64,000 bases of DNA, from assembly GCA_951406725.2 (NCBI GenBank), contig OX597818.1, positions 66,650,001 to 66,714,000 on the forward strand. The letters run 5' to 3'. Position 1 is the first letter of the stretch; the number at the start of each line of letters is the position of its first letter. A model generated the notes under the pieces. That model was given only the letters and a program-made list of their open reading frames with translations, was not told the DNA's origin and searched no databases. This document shows, in pieces, positions 10,126 to 21,740 of the stretch. The position numbers and the translations under genes were made by a program. Source of the DNA: Octopus vulgaris (taxonomy: Eukaryota).

Positions 10126-13113
10126 TAACAGCAAATATCCAGGGTCTTTATCCGAAAACAAAACAGTGTAAAGTCCCTTTCTTGGAAGAATTAGCAACAG
10201 AAAACAACTCCAAAATAATTGGAATTACTGAAAGTCATCTCAACGAAAACATCCGCAACAGCGAAATCACAATCAATAGATTCAACATCTTCAGATGTGA
10301 TAGACAAGGCAGATCCCATGGGGGCGTTATCATGTATATCTATGATACCTATGCATGCATAGAACTTGTCAATGAATCAAATGCCTACTGCAACCTGCTG
10401 TGCATAAAAATCATCCAACTTAATACAGTTGTAACAATAATGTACAGACCGCCAAACAGCCCAACATTATCCTTCACTGAGCCACTGACGAAGCTCCAAC
10501 AAATTCTGGGAAACATGGCAAGTCCAATGCCAGACATTATCCTCCTTGGTGACTTCAACTTCCCTAACATCATCTGGCCACATGGACACATACTAAAACT
10601 GGGGACAAAAGCTGAACAAATACAGGCAGCCAAACTGTTGGAAGTCACAGAGAAATTATACCTCAAACAAATGATGACAGAAGCAACAAGAAATAATAAT
10701 ACGATCGACTTGGTTTTCACCAACAACGAGGACACGCTATTTGACCTTCACTCAACCCCAACAATCCTTTCAGACCACAATATTATTGAAATGCATTTAC
10801 ACATTGGTAATGAGCCCAATGCCACAACTCTTAAACAAAAGGACATGCCAAAGCTATGCAGGTATAATTATCACCAGGCAAATTGGGAAACTATTAACAA
10901 CCAGTTACAAATCATTGACTGGGATCTCTACCTTACTGGGCCAGATAAACACAAGAAATTCTTAAACAAGATCGAAGAAATATGTGAAAAAAATGTTCCT
11001 CTAAAGAAAACCAAGTCCACAAAAAAAACCTGTACCACGGGAGCGAAAGATCCTGATGCGCAAAAGGTCAAGACTAAGAAACAAAACATCTAAGCTGACA
11101 TCAAAACATGAATTACAGAAAGTCCTTGACCAAATATACAGATTAGAAGACAATCTAAAACAACACTATGATGAAGAACGTAACAATGCAGAAAAGAAAG
11201 CCATAGAAAACATCAAGAAAAATCCAAAATGTTTCTACAGTTTTGCAAAGAAATACTCGAACACCAAGTCAACAATAGGACCTCTCCAGAGACAAAATGG
11301 GGATGTGGTGAATAACCCTATTGAAATGGCAGAAATGTTGGGTCAACAGTATGAAAGTGTCTTCAGTGAGCCATCTAAAACCATGAAGATCCATGACCCA
11401 GGAAAATTCTTCAAGGATATCGACCATACTAAACCTACCCTATCCGACATTGATTTCAACCTAGAAGACATAGCAAGAGCAATAGACAAGATCTCCATGC
11501 ACTCGGCTGCGGGGCCTGACGGTTTCAATGCCATGATACTTAAAAACTGCAAGGCACAATTGTCGAAACCCCTTTACATGATATGGAGGGAATCTATGGA
11601 GAATGGCAAAATACCAAATACATATAAAGAAGCACACATAACTCCAATACATAAAGGGGATAGCAAATCAAAACCAAAGAACTACCGACCAATCTCACTG
11701 ACATCACACATTATCAAGGTCTTCGAAAGAATAGTTCGTGGAAAACTGGTTGAGTTCCTGGAATCCAACAATCTGATGAATTGCAACCAGCATGGATTCA
11801 GGTTAGGTAGATCATGCCTTTCCCAACTACTGGCACACCATGACCAAATCCTAGAAAATCTAGAGAATGGATACAACACAGATGTTATCTACCTCGACTT
11901 TGCCAAGGCATTTGACAAGGTAGATCATGGCATCCTGGGTCACAAACTTCGAAAGCTAGGAGTAGGAGGAAAAGTTGGTACATGGATACACGAGTTCCTT
12001 ACAAATAGAACTCAAACAGTCACTGTGAATGGAACCCATTCAACACCATCACCTGTGACCAGCAGTGTTCCTCAGGGTACAGTACTCGGCCCAATCCTGT
12101 TTCTCATCCTCATCTCTGACATAGATGAAGATACAACCAGCAACGTCTCATCCTTTGCTGATGACACCAGGGTCATGAGACAAATCAAAGACGAGGTGGA
12201 TACAGAGGCCTTACAAAAGGACCTGACCACCATATATAAATGGCAGGAAACAAACAACATGTTGTTCAATGATAAGAAGTTTGAACTTATTCGCTACGGA
12301 ACAGATCAAGATCTGAAAAATACAACAAACTACAGAAACCCATCAGGACAACAAATAATGGAAAAACAGTATGTGAAAGATTTAGGCATCCACATGGGAA
12401 CCAACCTAAAATTCAGAGAACACCTTGACTCAGTCTGTCTTACTGCAAGAAAGTACAGCGGGTGGATCTTGCGCACCTTCAAATCAAGAGATACCTCAAC
12501 AATGAAAACCCTCTGGAACAGTATGATACTTCCGAGGATTGACTACTGTTCTCAGTTGTGGTCACCAACAACAAAGGGCCAACTATCTAAGATAGAATCG
12601 CTCCAAATAAATTTTACCTCATACTTCTCAGAAACGAGGGACCTGGACTATTGGCAAAGACTCAAAACCTTGAGGATGTACTCAATAGAAAGAAGATTTG
12701 AGCGATACCGAATTATATACATTTGGAAAATGATAGAGCAGAAGGTGCCAAACTTTGGTATCAAAACCTACCACTCACTGCGCCACGGAAGACGCTGCCA
12801 GCTGCCACCAATCAACAAAAAGGCTGGCCAGGCAGCAAAAACCCTGCGAGAATCAAGTCTGTTGGTTCGAGGAGCACAACTGTTCAACTCCATTCCGGTA
12901 CATGTCAGAAATCTATCAGGATGCAGTGTGGAATCATTCAAATTGCAACTGGATAGATACTTAAGCACCATTAGAGATGAACCCCATCTCCCAGGATATA
13001 CACAACGAGCACAAACTGACTCAAACTCGCTCCTACACATGTCAAATTTAAGCAGAGAATACAACCTGGCAACCACACCAGACTCTGAGGGTGGAGTCTT
13101 CGACTTGGCCTGA
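9900..13113 (+). CDS. LINE ORF2: apurinic-like endonuclease + reverse transcriptase (one +1 A frame break)
   Basis: EN motifs IITANIQGL, IGITESHL, YRPP, LGDFNFP, IDLVF, SDH. RT motifs YRPISLTS, QHGFR, YLDFAKAFDKVDH, VPQGTVLGPILF, FADD. CR1-type C-terminus. The frame is open from 9900 (after TGA 9897-9899). Removing one A from 11021-11028 joins both halves into about 1070 codons. Confidence 0.93.
9906..9912 (+). promoter_or_regulatory. Candidate -1 programmed ribosomal frameshift slippery site T-TTT-TTA
   Basis: ORF1 frame reads AGT TTT TTA GGC, with X XXY YYZ in the correct phase. The -1 frame is the ORF2 frame and it opens 6 nt upstream. Confidence 0.6.
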
Positions 13114-13150
13114 GCATGGACTCAAACCCAAATGAAATGAAATGAAATGA
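13081..13150 (+). repeat. LINE 3' terminus: short stem-loops and (AAATG)4 tail
   Basis: GACTC-n8-GAGTC (13081-13098), TGAG-n6-CTCA spanning the stop codon, then AAATG x4 at 13130-13149. CR1-clade elements typically end in short tandem repeats rather than poly(A). Confidence 0.75.
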
Positions 13151-14077
13151 CGTGAAATATTAATCCCATCTCATTCGCATAATAGAGACACACTTTTGAT
13201 GCAAACGAAACAAAAGAAGTGTATTGTTTGTATCAATATGACATACTGTTAGATAATCAAAGACTTTCATACAAGATGAAAGTGAAAAGAAGCAAGCTGA
13301 TATGTAGATTTATATGAGTAATGTCATCTTTGTAGTATTAGTTATGTTAAAGCAATGGGCTTATCCAGAGGTGTGAGCTCTACCTGATTTCTTTCGTCAA
13401 AATGTCGGGAATAATGGATAATTTCTAATCAAATTCACAGTTAAACTTCAGATGTTGTATATTACGGTTATATCCGAATATAGAAGAGAAAAGGAGCGTG
13501 AGAGGAGTTTAAGTAAATTCAACTGGAACAGTTTTGTCTCCTCATAACTCTCGGAAGAAACAAGATATCCAAATATATGCAAATGCCTCTGAGAGTGTAT
13601 AAATTACGATTATATCGGAATTTGATACAAAGCAAAAATTCGTTACCATGCCTACATGCAAATTTATACAACCATAACATTATCGAAAATGCAACTTTAA
13701 TTTTTTACATTTACCTATTATTTGCGTCCCTATGCAATATTCCTCTTCATATTAATTTCGATATAATCGTATTGTACACCCTCTGAAGCTTATTGTTGAA
13801 ATTTCTTTAAATATATGACTTTCTCTATAAGTTAAGAGGACAAAAATGTATGGATATATAAAGGCATGTTCTAGAACAGCAGAAAATGTAAAATTCGAAG
13901 CTGACAGGAAAAAGATGAAGTATTGCAAAGCAGTTGTTAGGAGAACTTGCAATTCATACTACACAAACAATCATGAATATATAAACAATATTTGAAGAAG
14001 AAAAAAATAAAGACAAGGAAAAATAGTTTTAGTAGAATTTGAAAGACAATTTACATATGTTTTCGCATCCACATAAA

Positions 14078-14115
14078 CATGAGGGAAGTGTCCGGACATG
14101 AACACTTCCCTCATG
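14078..14115. repeat. Perfect 14-bp inverted repeat with 10-nt loop
   Basis: CATGAGGGAAGTGT (14078-14091) / ACACTTCCCTCATG (14102-14115). Confidence 0.8.
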
Positions 14116-14959
14116 CCGTGATCAGTATATATCATCGCCATGCATTACAGGTAGTTCATAATGAATATGCTTCTTTTAAATTGCATGTAGAAATGTATCG
14201 ACCTCCATCAAAACTAAGAGCTTGGCACGTCAAATAATATCTGCATATACAATGCACGCAAATATGTGTTTCTTTGTATATGGTTCGTTACAGTTATCAA
14301 TAAGGAGGTACTTACACATTGCACATTACATTCGCCTTGCTGCTTTTATTGGTAATGTAATAGTGTTTAAACATTATGGCAATCGATAATTCCAATCAAC
14401 TACAACAGCATAAAGACCTCCAAGCAACAATAATATATACATTAACACGGACACTAGAATAAACTTTAAATTTATTACAAAGAGCGCCATGAAATAAATT
14501 ACAAGTCTACAACACGATTGCATTTCTCGCAGTCATTAACAATGTAGGGAATTTGCTTGGCATTTGCTGATATTTGAAATCTGTGATTCCCAGTTCTAAA
14601 GCTCCGCATTTCGTCTTTCTATTTCAACACAAGGTGTAGCGTTGAGTGTTCCTCTATTCACAAAGGTAATATGGACTTCTACTTGCGGGATATACTTTTC
14701 ATGTTTTCATTAATTTGCGGTGGGCAACTTGAATGTATGTTTCTACAATAACACATGTTGTCGCTGTTTGCTTTAGTTGTTGTTGTTATTGTAGTTGTTG
14801 TCATGCAACTAGACAGGTAAGGGTGATTAGGTGATGGTCTAGGGCTTAAAGGCGGAAGACCCCAGACCTTGGAAAAAAAGAAAAAATTTTGGTCGTCTTG
14901 TTGTAGTCGATGGCTCTTCGTTGCCACCCGACACCACTGGCAGGTGGCCCTTGAAGTCA

Positions 14960-15180
14960 CTGGAAATGGAGATCTCCAGGTCCAAATGCTTGAACGGCTG
15001 CTGATGATGCAGTATATGAAGTTCGAAGATGAACAACAGACGTTTTGAAAATTGTTTGTCGGTGACTGTTATTTTGGTAGATATGTTTCTATAGGAGAAA
15101 ATGTTGCGAGGTAACTGGTCGTGTTTAATGTGGCTCAAGATACTGCTTATCATTTATTATTTCCCCGCAACAACCACTAT
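14960..15180 (-). pseudogene. Probable 3' end of a Penelope-like GIY-YIG endonuclease remnant
   Basis: Minus-strand translation ..KRLLFIFELHILHHQQPF resembles the PLE C-terminal 'EQRLIF.LGTL.P.G.N' segment. Heavily decayed. Confidence 0.35.
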
Positions 15181-15227
15181 TTTCGCAGTAAAGTTAGTGT
15201 GTCCATTATCTTTAATGTTATACATGT

Positions 15228-15667
15228 TTCATTCATTAGACTGCGGCCATGCTGGGACAGAAACTAGGGGAAAGTTTTTAAACGACTGTAGTACATATAA
15301 TGTTTAATCGACCGTATTACTTATATTTGAAGCCCGGTAATTATTCTATAGGTCACTTTACCGAATCGCTATTATACGGGGAGGTAAACACACCAGCACC
15401 TGTTCCGAAGGAATAGGTGGGAACAAGTAGTAACCAAGACTCAGGGACACAAGCATACTCACCCACCCACACACCTACACACGCACCAACGAACACGCAT
15501 ATATATGCATACAACAAGATTCGTTCAGTTTCCCTCTTCCAGATCCCCGTGCAAGGCTTTCATTAGCCAGAAGCTATACTAGAAAACCCTTGCCCTTAGT
15601 CCCACGCAAAGGGACTGAGCAAAGAACCATAAATCCGGGGAGCACTCTTATTAACACAAAGCCACGT
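15228..15667 (-). mobile_element. Degenerate family A SINE
   Basis: GACTGCGGCCATGCTGG, GTAAACACACCAGCA and TTCAGTTTCC blocks are reverse complements of the 2272-2722 element. Confidence 0.75.
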
Positions 15668-15709
15668 GTTCAGATGTGTACATACATACATACGGGCATA
15701 CATATACAC

Positions 15710-15759
<50 letters not shown>

Positions 15760-15782
15760 ATATATATCTGTAAATATGTCGG

Positions 15783-15844
15783 GGCGGAAACCCACGCCGG
15801 AGTGTGTTTGTGGGCGAGCGTATGTGCCGGCGTGGGTTTCCGCC
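15783..15844. repeat. GC-rich perfect 18-bp inverted repeat embedded in microsatellite (mini-MITE-like)
   Basis: GGCGGAAACCCACGCCGG (15783-15800) / CCGGCGTGGGTTTCCGCC (15827-15844). Confidence 0.8.
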
Positions 15845-15893
15845 TATATGTATCCCGCCTATACATACATACATACACACACACACATACACG

Positions 15894-15976
<83 letters not shown>

Positions 15977-16131
15977 ATTCATTTTGCAAGGTTTTTGATG
16001 TGAATTCGTGTGTTGAAAAGGATATTGTTGTATTTGGGGATGGTCATGTTGCCAGTTTAGCCAATAAAAACACACGCACTATATATTTGGTGCTCATTTG
16101 CTTCAGATTTATTTTATACCAATCGTATTTC

Positions 16132-16175
16132 GACCAGAGTTCTTTCGTCACACTTCTGTGACCTCATCTGTGGTC
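16132..16175 (-). ncRNA. Type I minimal hammerhead-ribozyme-like motif (core variant)
   Basis: Minus strand GACCA-CAGATGA-G-GTCAC-agaagt-GTGAC-GAAA-GAA-CTC-TGGTC. Stems I and II are perfect 5-bp helices, the NUH triplet is CUC, and core U4 is changed to A. Confidence 0.6.
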
Positions 16176-16324
16176 CTTTGCTTTCTTCTTTCTTTTTTTG
16201 TGTCTTTTCTTACTACTGATTAGCCATTTTGTATTCCTATTGTATGAGTTTTTGTGTGCGCTTACGTATATCCCTGTGTGTGTCTATGCTTAGTGTATGT
16301 GTGTGTGTGTGTGTGGAAATATAT

Positions 16325-17630
16325 ATTAAAACAAAAAGTTATATCCTCGTCAGAGAGTTACCGAAGGTTTCGTATCCATGAAACCACAGTCTTGTAGACA
16401 TCTCTTCAGACAAGCCAATTGAACTTTCTACCATGGGGGCGTGAGAAAACGCTCAGATATTTAGATTTAACGGCTAATGTATATATATCCAGCTCGAACA
16501 AGTTACACAGAAGAACGACAACAATAGCACCGCCACAGATGTTGAACAAACCCTTATATTCAACACCGATAGAGTGATCAGGACCGCACATATGTTACAC
16601 CCAGGGCAATTGCCACAACTAGAGACCATGACCAAACCGGGACGACCGAAACAGAAGAAATATCCGACGTACCCAGTACCACCACTCAAAACGATGACCA
16701 GAATATTATCGTCGACACCGATGGAATGACCGGCCCCTCACCATATGTTATCACCAGCTGCACATTAAAACCTTTATCTACATCACCAACCATATGACCA
16801 GAAAGGATAACCACAGTGATAACACAGCTGGATGATGGTGTCATATCGGAAACGTCAGCAACAGTGTTACCAACAGCACCCGACGTTCGGAGACTACGAG
16901 TGATATACCAGGAGTTCGAATATAACCAGATCCCAAGTTTGTAAATACATTGAATCAACCAGTACATCTTTCAAAGTTGATTTCGCAACCACTAGTCATT
17001 TTTCAGAGTCACAGCAAGATGTTTTGTCATCTAGTTGGCCAGCCATGTGTGGCACTTCAAAAATCAAGTGACCTCATGTGATATCAGGTGGAAAATGATA
17101 GATCATCCGGGCCCATATATTAATGGGAGTGACCGTACCAAAATCTGCACCGCCAAGAGAACTAAAGTTATTCAGGAGTATGTTAAAAGTGGCGCATTGA
17201 ACAGTTGTAAAGACGTTTACTCTAAGTCTGTCCGTGTGTCTATTCCAAGCACTAACTACTGGAAAATTGGATCTCCTTGTTTGCTGGGTTGCCTACGTTG
17301 GGTCTGTAATGGTTATGTTGTGTCCCAGGGGACATAACACGTCCTCATTAACGTTTTTATACATTAGCCAATACATCTCGATATCTGAGCGTTTTCTCAC
17401 ATCTGCGAAGGACAAATATGTTTTTTTCTCTTTGTAGAGAGTCTGCCGAACTGTCCAAAAGCCTGTGGCTCATTTAGAATGTGCTTCTTTTCTGATATAT
17501 GTTTTATTGACTATACATAAATAAAACACACCTTTTTCTCCTTTCCTGAACGTCTTTTAATACTTTGCATGTTCCTCGTCATAGCGTTGTTTTTTTTTCT
17601 TGTGTTTTTCTTAGGTTTTCTTTTACTAAT
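16325..17630 (+). mobile_element. Decayed Penelope-like element (GIY-YIG 3' part) with an inverted terminal-repeat copy at its 5' side
   Basis: RVIYQ..YI.STSTSFK..FRNH and LASHVWHFKNQVTSCDIRWKMIDHPGPYINGSDRTKICTAK..ALN match the PLE endonuclease C-terminus of the 'LS.HIW.LK..IKW.I..Y..C.LC..EK' type. 16441-16483 is the reverse complement of about 17357-17400. Confidence 0.7.
16352..16411 (-). ncRNA. Hammerhead-like motif in the inverted PLE terminal repeat
   Basis: Minus strand CTGAAGA-G-a-TGTCTA...TGGATA-C-GAAA-CC-ttc-GGTA-ACTCTCT. The stem I partner AGAGAGT survives in the other repeat copy (17436-17442, followed by a decayed CTGCCGA). Confidence 0.55.
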
Positions 17631-17667
17631 CATATATATATATACATACACATATAAATATATGAAC

Positions 17668-17717
<50 letters not shown>

Positions 17718-17998
17718 AAATATATATATATATATGTATACACATGTAAGTATGTATGTGTTTATGTAATTATGTATGATTATATATATGTATGTGTATA
17801 TATATATGTTTGTATGCATGTATGTATATATATTACAGTAAAGGTTTTAGTTGCCAATTTTGCACAAGACATTGTAGATATTTAGCTGGGCTAAAATGTC
17901 ACATTCGATCACAAAACCAGTAACAGTTAAGCTTCGTGCAATGGCCATACTCCATAACGAGGGGGCAGCCATAATGTATATATATATATATATATATA

Positions 17999-18103
<105 letters not shown>

Positions 18104-18188
18104 AATGTACATGTGTATATATACTCATATACATATATTTTGATTAAATATACACGCATGTACATATGTATGTATATATAAGTATATG

Positions 18189-18235
<47 letters not shown>

Positions 18236-20919
18236 CATGTATCCTTCGGTATTCCCCTCGGCTGGATACATACATAAATATATTTGGCTCCGTGATCATC
18301 CCCCTTACGTTGTGGTGTGGCCAGATTTTCTTTATTATAATCTCGACCAGGACGATAGCCTAGTGAATTTATTTAATAGATTGAAAGTGAAAGATTTCTG
18401 TCATATATATGTGTGTATGTATGTGTCCGTGCGTATTTATGTCTCTGTTTGAACCTAACGCCGGCTTACAGCACGTCCTTCATAAAGTAGCGGTTAAGCC
18501 AAAGTGACCAGTACTCTTGCCGATTCCTGCAACTTAAGTATTCCAAGGTCTGGCCCCAGCTTAGCTGCAGTCCAAATAATTATACAAGTAGTAGATAATA
18601 TACTGACCGTATATTATTTGTAAGAATATGTTGGTCTTCATCTTTGTTATTATATTTGTCCATCTTCCCGTTCAAATGTTAAGATACCTGGCTAAGTCAT
18701 GGCTTTCCTCTTAACGTAGTTGTTTAAAAATTATTTGTATTTACGATTACAACATTCCTTCTGAAAGGAATGTTCTGTACAAACGTGCAACATTCACATT
18801 ATCAACCATAGTTGAACTTGTTTGGAATAGTTTATCTTCCAATACATATGAGTTCAGCAGTAAAGTTTAACAAAGAAATTTAATAATTCTTTAGAAAATC
18901 TAATGCACTCTATATTCAAATTTGCTGACAATATTTCCCTTGAACATCTCACTGAAAGTATAAATGCTAAATTCCTAATATGTATGAAAATCCGCAATAT
19001 GGTGGCAAATCATTGTCAAAGAGAGAAATAATTTGAATCATCTAAGTGTCAGTGGCCAGACAACATAATATTCTTCGATTATATCCATTATTATTAAAAT
19101 GTAAAATATCTCATATATTTGTCTGGACTTGAAGATACAGCTTGCTGAAAACTCAATTTAAAAACATGGTTAGTTCCTCAGTAAATTACGAATTGTGTAA
19201 TGAAGGAAGTGTGTTGGTGCTGAAGGAAGCGGTTTTATTTGCAACAGCATTATTGTTAGTTGTAGTAGTAGTAGTAGCACTACTACTACTTGTATTTGTG
19301 TTCGAGGTGCTAAGAGGTCTTTATGATGTTGTAGTTGATTGCAAATATCGATTTGAATAATATTATAACACCAATAATTTAACAATGGAAATAACAATAC
19401 GGAATTTACAACACCAGGCATTTCTTTCGGTTTGTGGCTATCGCTTTCAATATATAACCTCTTCGCCCTACATTGCCACATCTATTTTAATATAACAACT
19501 ATAAGCATTTGTTAGCATTCATTAAAAGAAGGAAGAATATGATAAAAATGGAAATAAATATGATTTTATGAGATATAAGAAAGCTTGTATTTATTTCTGA
19601 TGTTATATACCAAGTAGCACCTGCTAGTAACTATTCACTTTTCGAAGTTACACGACGCAGTAATGTAGGAAGACAATAAGAATTAAGAGAAAACGTATTT
19701 TCGTTTGGTAGAAATAAATTAAAGTAAAGATAAACGCAACTCCACATAAACGCAAGCGAAAAACTAATTGCTGTATATATATAGTTATATATTGTATATT
19801 TGTACATGATATATGCATGTAGAATATTAAGTCCTCATTCGGAATAATGAGTATATATTTATGTTTGCCATTAAAATATCACACGATATAATAAAATATG
19901 AGGAGATGTATTTGGGCTAAACGTGAAGACCACTGGACCAAAACATATTTTGACCTCATAATTTTAGGTTATATCAAGGAACTTTGAACGTGTATTGCAG
20001 AATTGGGATTCTTCTGGGCTCCATTCATCGATTCTTTTTATCTTAGTAAAAACTATGAATTTTCCTTCATAACGTTATTAGAAAGTTTAAAAATCTTAAG
20101 ATTCTAACATGCACCATTTAGTCACGTTGAATGTAACTGGTAAACATTGTATTGAGAATCAATACTGTGAAGGACTATCAGAGCCCTTGAACCTTTGTAG
20201 TCACTTATCACAAAACCGCTTTCCTGCTGCTGAAATTTGAATAAAATATCTTAATACTGTAATGGATTAAAATTAAATTAATGAATTAAAAGAGCTTAAA
20301 ACCTGAGTGATTTCTGTACAGAAGTTAAATTAGGTAAGTTGCAAATTTCTCGTTAATGTCTGTAGTAATCAAACTCCTATAATTTTAATTAACCTGCTTC
20401 TCTAAAAAAGAACCATATTACATATTTGCAATTAGTTGTGCAAGTATGCACTTCAGAAACCGATAGTTTTCAAAAAATTTAATAAATCCACATTTTTTTT
20501 TGTTTAGGTTTGAGGATATGGGAAAAACATTCGGAAGGTCATCAAGACCTTTGGGTCTTGTGATATGCAAAAACGGATTAGAATTTGTTAATATAGAGAA
20601 TTCTCTCAGTTGTATGAACTTAAGAATTATATTCGGTTTGATAGGCTTTTGATGTGATCGGATATTTGAGCGGTTTTATTAATTCTTATATTGAATATTT
20701 AACCATCATCATGAATATATGAAATGTTTTCAACTCATACTTGACAACTGAGGGGAATTTTATAGCGAAAAACAGGAGAGGAAGTTGATATTTTGTCATT
20801 GACAAAAGATAGCTTCTGAACCGATTGGAATATTGAGGGATTTATTTTATTGTCGTGAGAATGTATATCATATATCTATTTGCCAAGTTATTTGGAAAAG
20901 AAAGATCTTTTTAAAATTA

Positions 20920-21268
20920 CAGGAGTGGCTGTGTGGTAAGTGTCTTCTACTATAGCCTCGGGCCTACCAAAGCCTTTTGAGTGCATTTGGTAGACGGAAA
21001 CTGAAAGAAGCTCGTCGTATATATGTATATATATATATATAGGTGTGCGTGTATGTTTGTGTGTCTGTGTTTGTCCCCCTAGCATTGCTTGACAACCGAT
21101 GCTGGTGTGTTTATGTCCCCGTCACTTAGCGGTTCGGCAAAAAAGACTGATAGAATAAGTACTGGGCTTACAACAGAATAAGTCCCGCGGTCGAGGTGCT
21201 CGATTAAAGGCGGTGCTCCAGCATGGCCGCAGTCAGATGACTGAAACAAGTAAAAGAGTAAAAGAGTA
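20920..21268 (+). mobile_element. Family A SINE with an internal deletion in the tRNA head
   Basis: AGGAGTGGCTGTGTGGTAAG joins directly to TGTCTTCTACTATAGCC; ends GTAAAAGAGTAAAAGAGTA. Confidence 0.85.
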
Positions 21269-21469
21269 ATCGTAACAATTTTTTCCGACAGATATATTCT
21301 AAGAATAGTGGGAAGTCCTGGATTTGTATTTTCACTTTGAAATGAGAGGAAAACGAATGGAGATCAACTCTCTCCCTCTAAACATCAGCTGTCTACTGAT
21401 AGCATATTTGTTATCTGAAGAGACACAGCTAGTATAATTTGAAACAAATGTTAGTCCGCTTCATCGTCT

Positions 21470-21740
21470 CAGCGGATAAATTGGAAACGGCGTCGTTCTG
21501 AGGGAGACCGAGGCAAATGCGTTGGACTACCACTCTGACTTATAGGGATCGCACTTGAACATAGCGATCTCTGTCCCAATAGCTGTGAGCAGGTGGTAGT
21601 TCGTGGGTGAAGAGCGCTGAAGGTATGCATTGACACAAGCTCGATCACAAATGCGCCATGGAACACTCGATTCTTTGAAATTTTGCTCTTCTTCGCTTGA
21701 TAAGCAGCGATGATTGTGTTGGCGGCCGTACACATCAGAT
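21470..21740 (-). pseudogene. Probable Penelope-like GIY-YIG remnant
   Basis: Minus-strand CTAANT(I) followed by ..SLCSSAIPISQSGS.. resembles the PLE endonuclease 'CT..NIIYC' region. Heavily decayed. Confidence 0.35.

Larger units (their letters stand above)
7867..13150 (+). mobile_element. Near-intact full-length CR1-clade non-LTR retrotransposon (LINE)
   Basis: 5' region with a tandem duplication, ORF1 (PHD + CCCH fingers), overlapping ORF2 (APE endonuclease + RT), very short 3' UTR and an (AAATG)4 tail. The 5' boundary is uncertain and no TSD was found. Confidence 0.93.

Noticed and set aside
10182-10184. TTG start assigned to ORF2 by the ORF track
   Set aside because: A bacterial-style start call that lies downstream of the first endonuclease motif (IITANIQGL); the frame is open from 9900.
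8812-13076. Antisense and alternate-frame ORFs within the LINE
   Set aside because: Short shadows of the long sense ORFs with no recognisable motifs.
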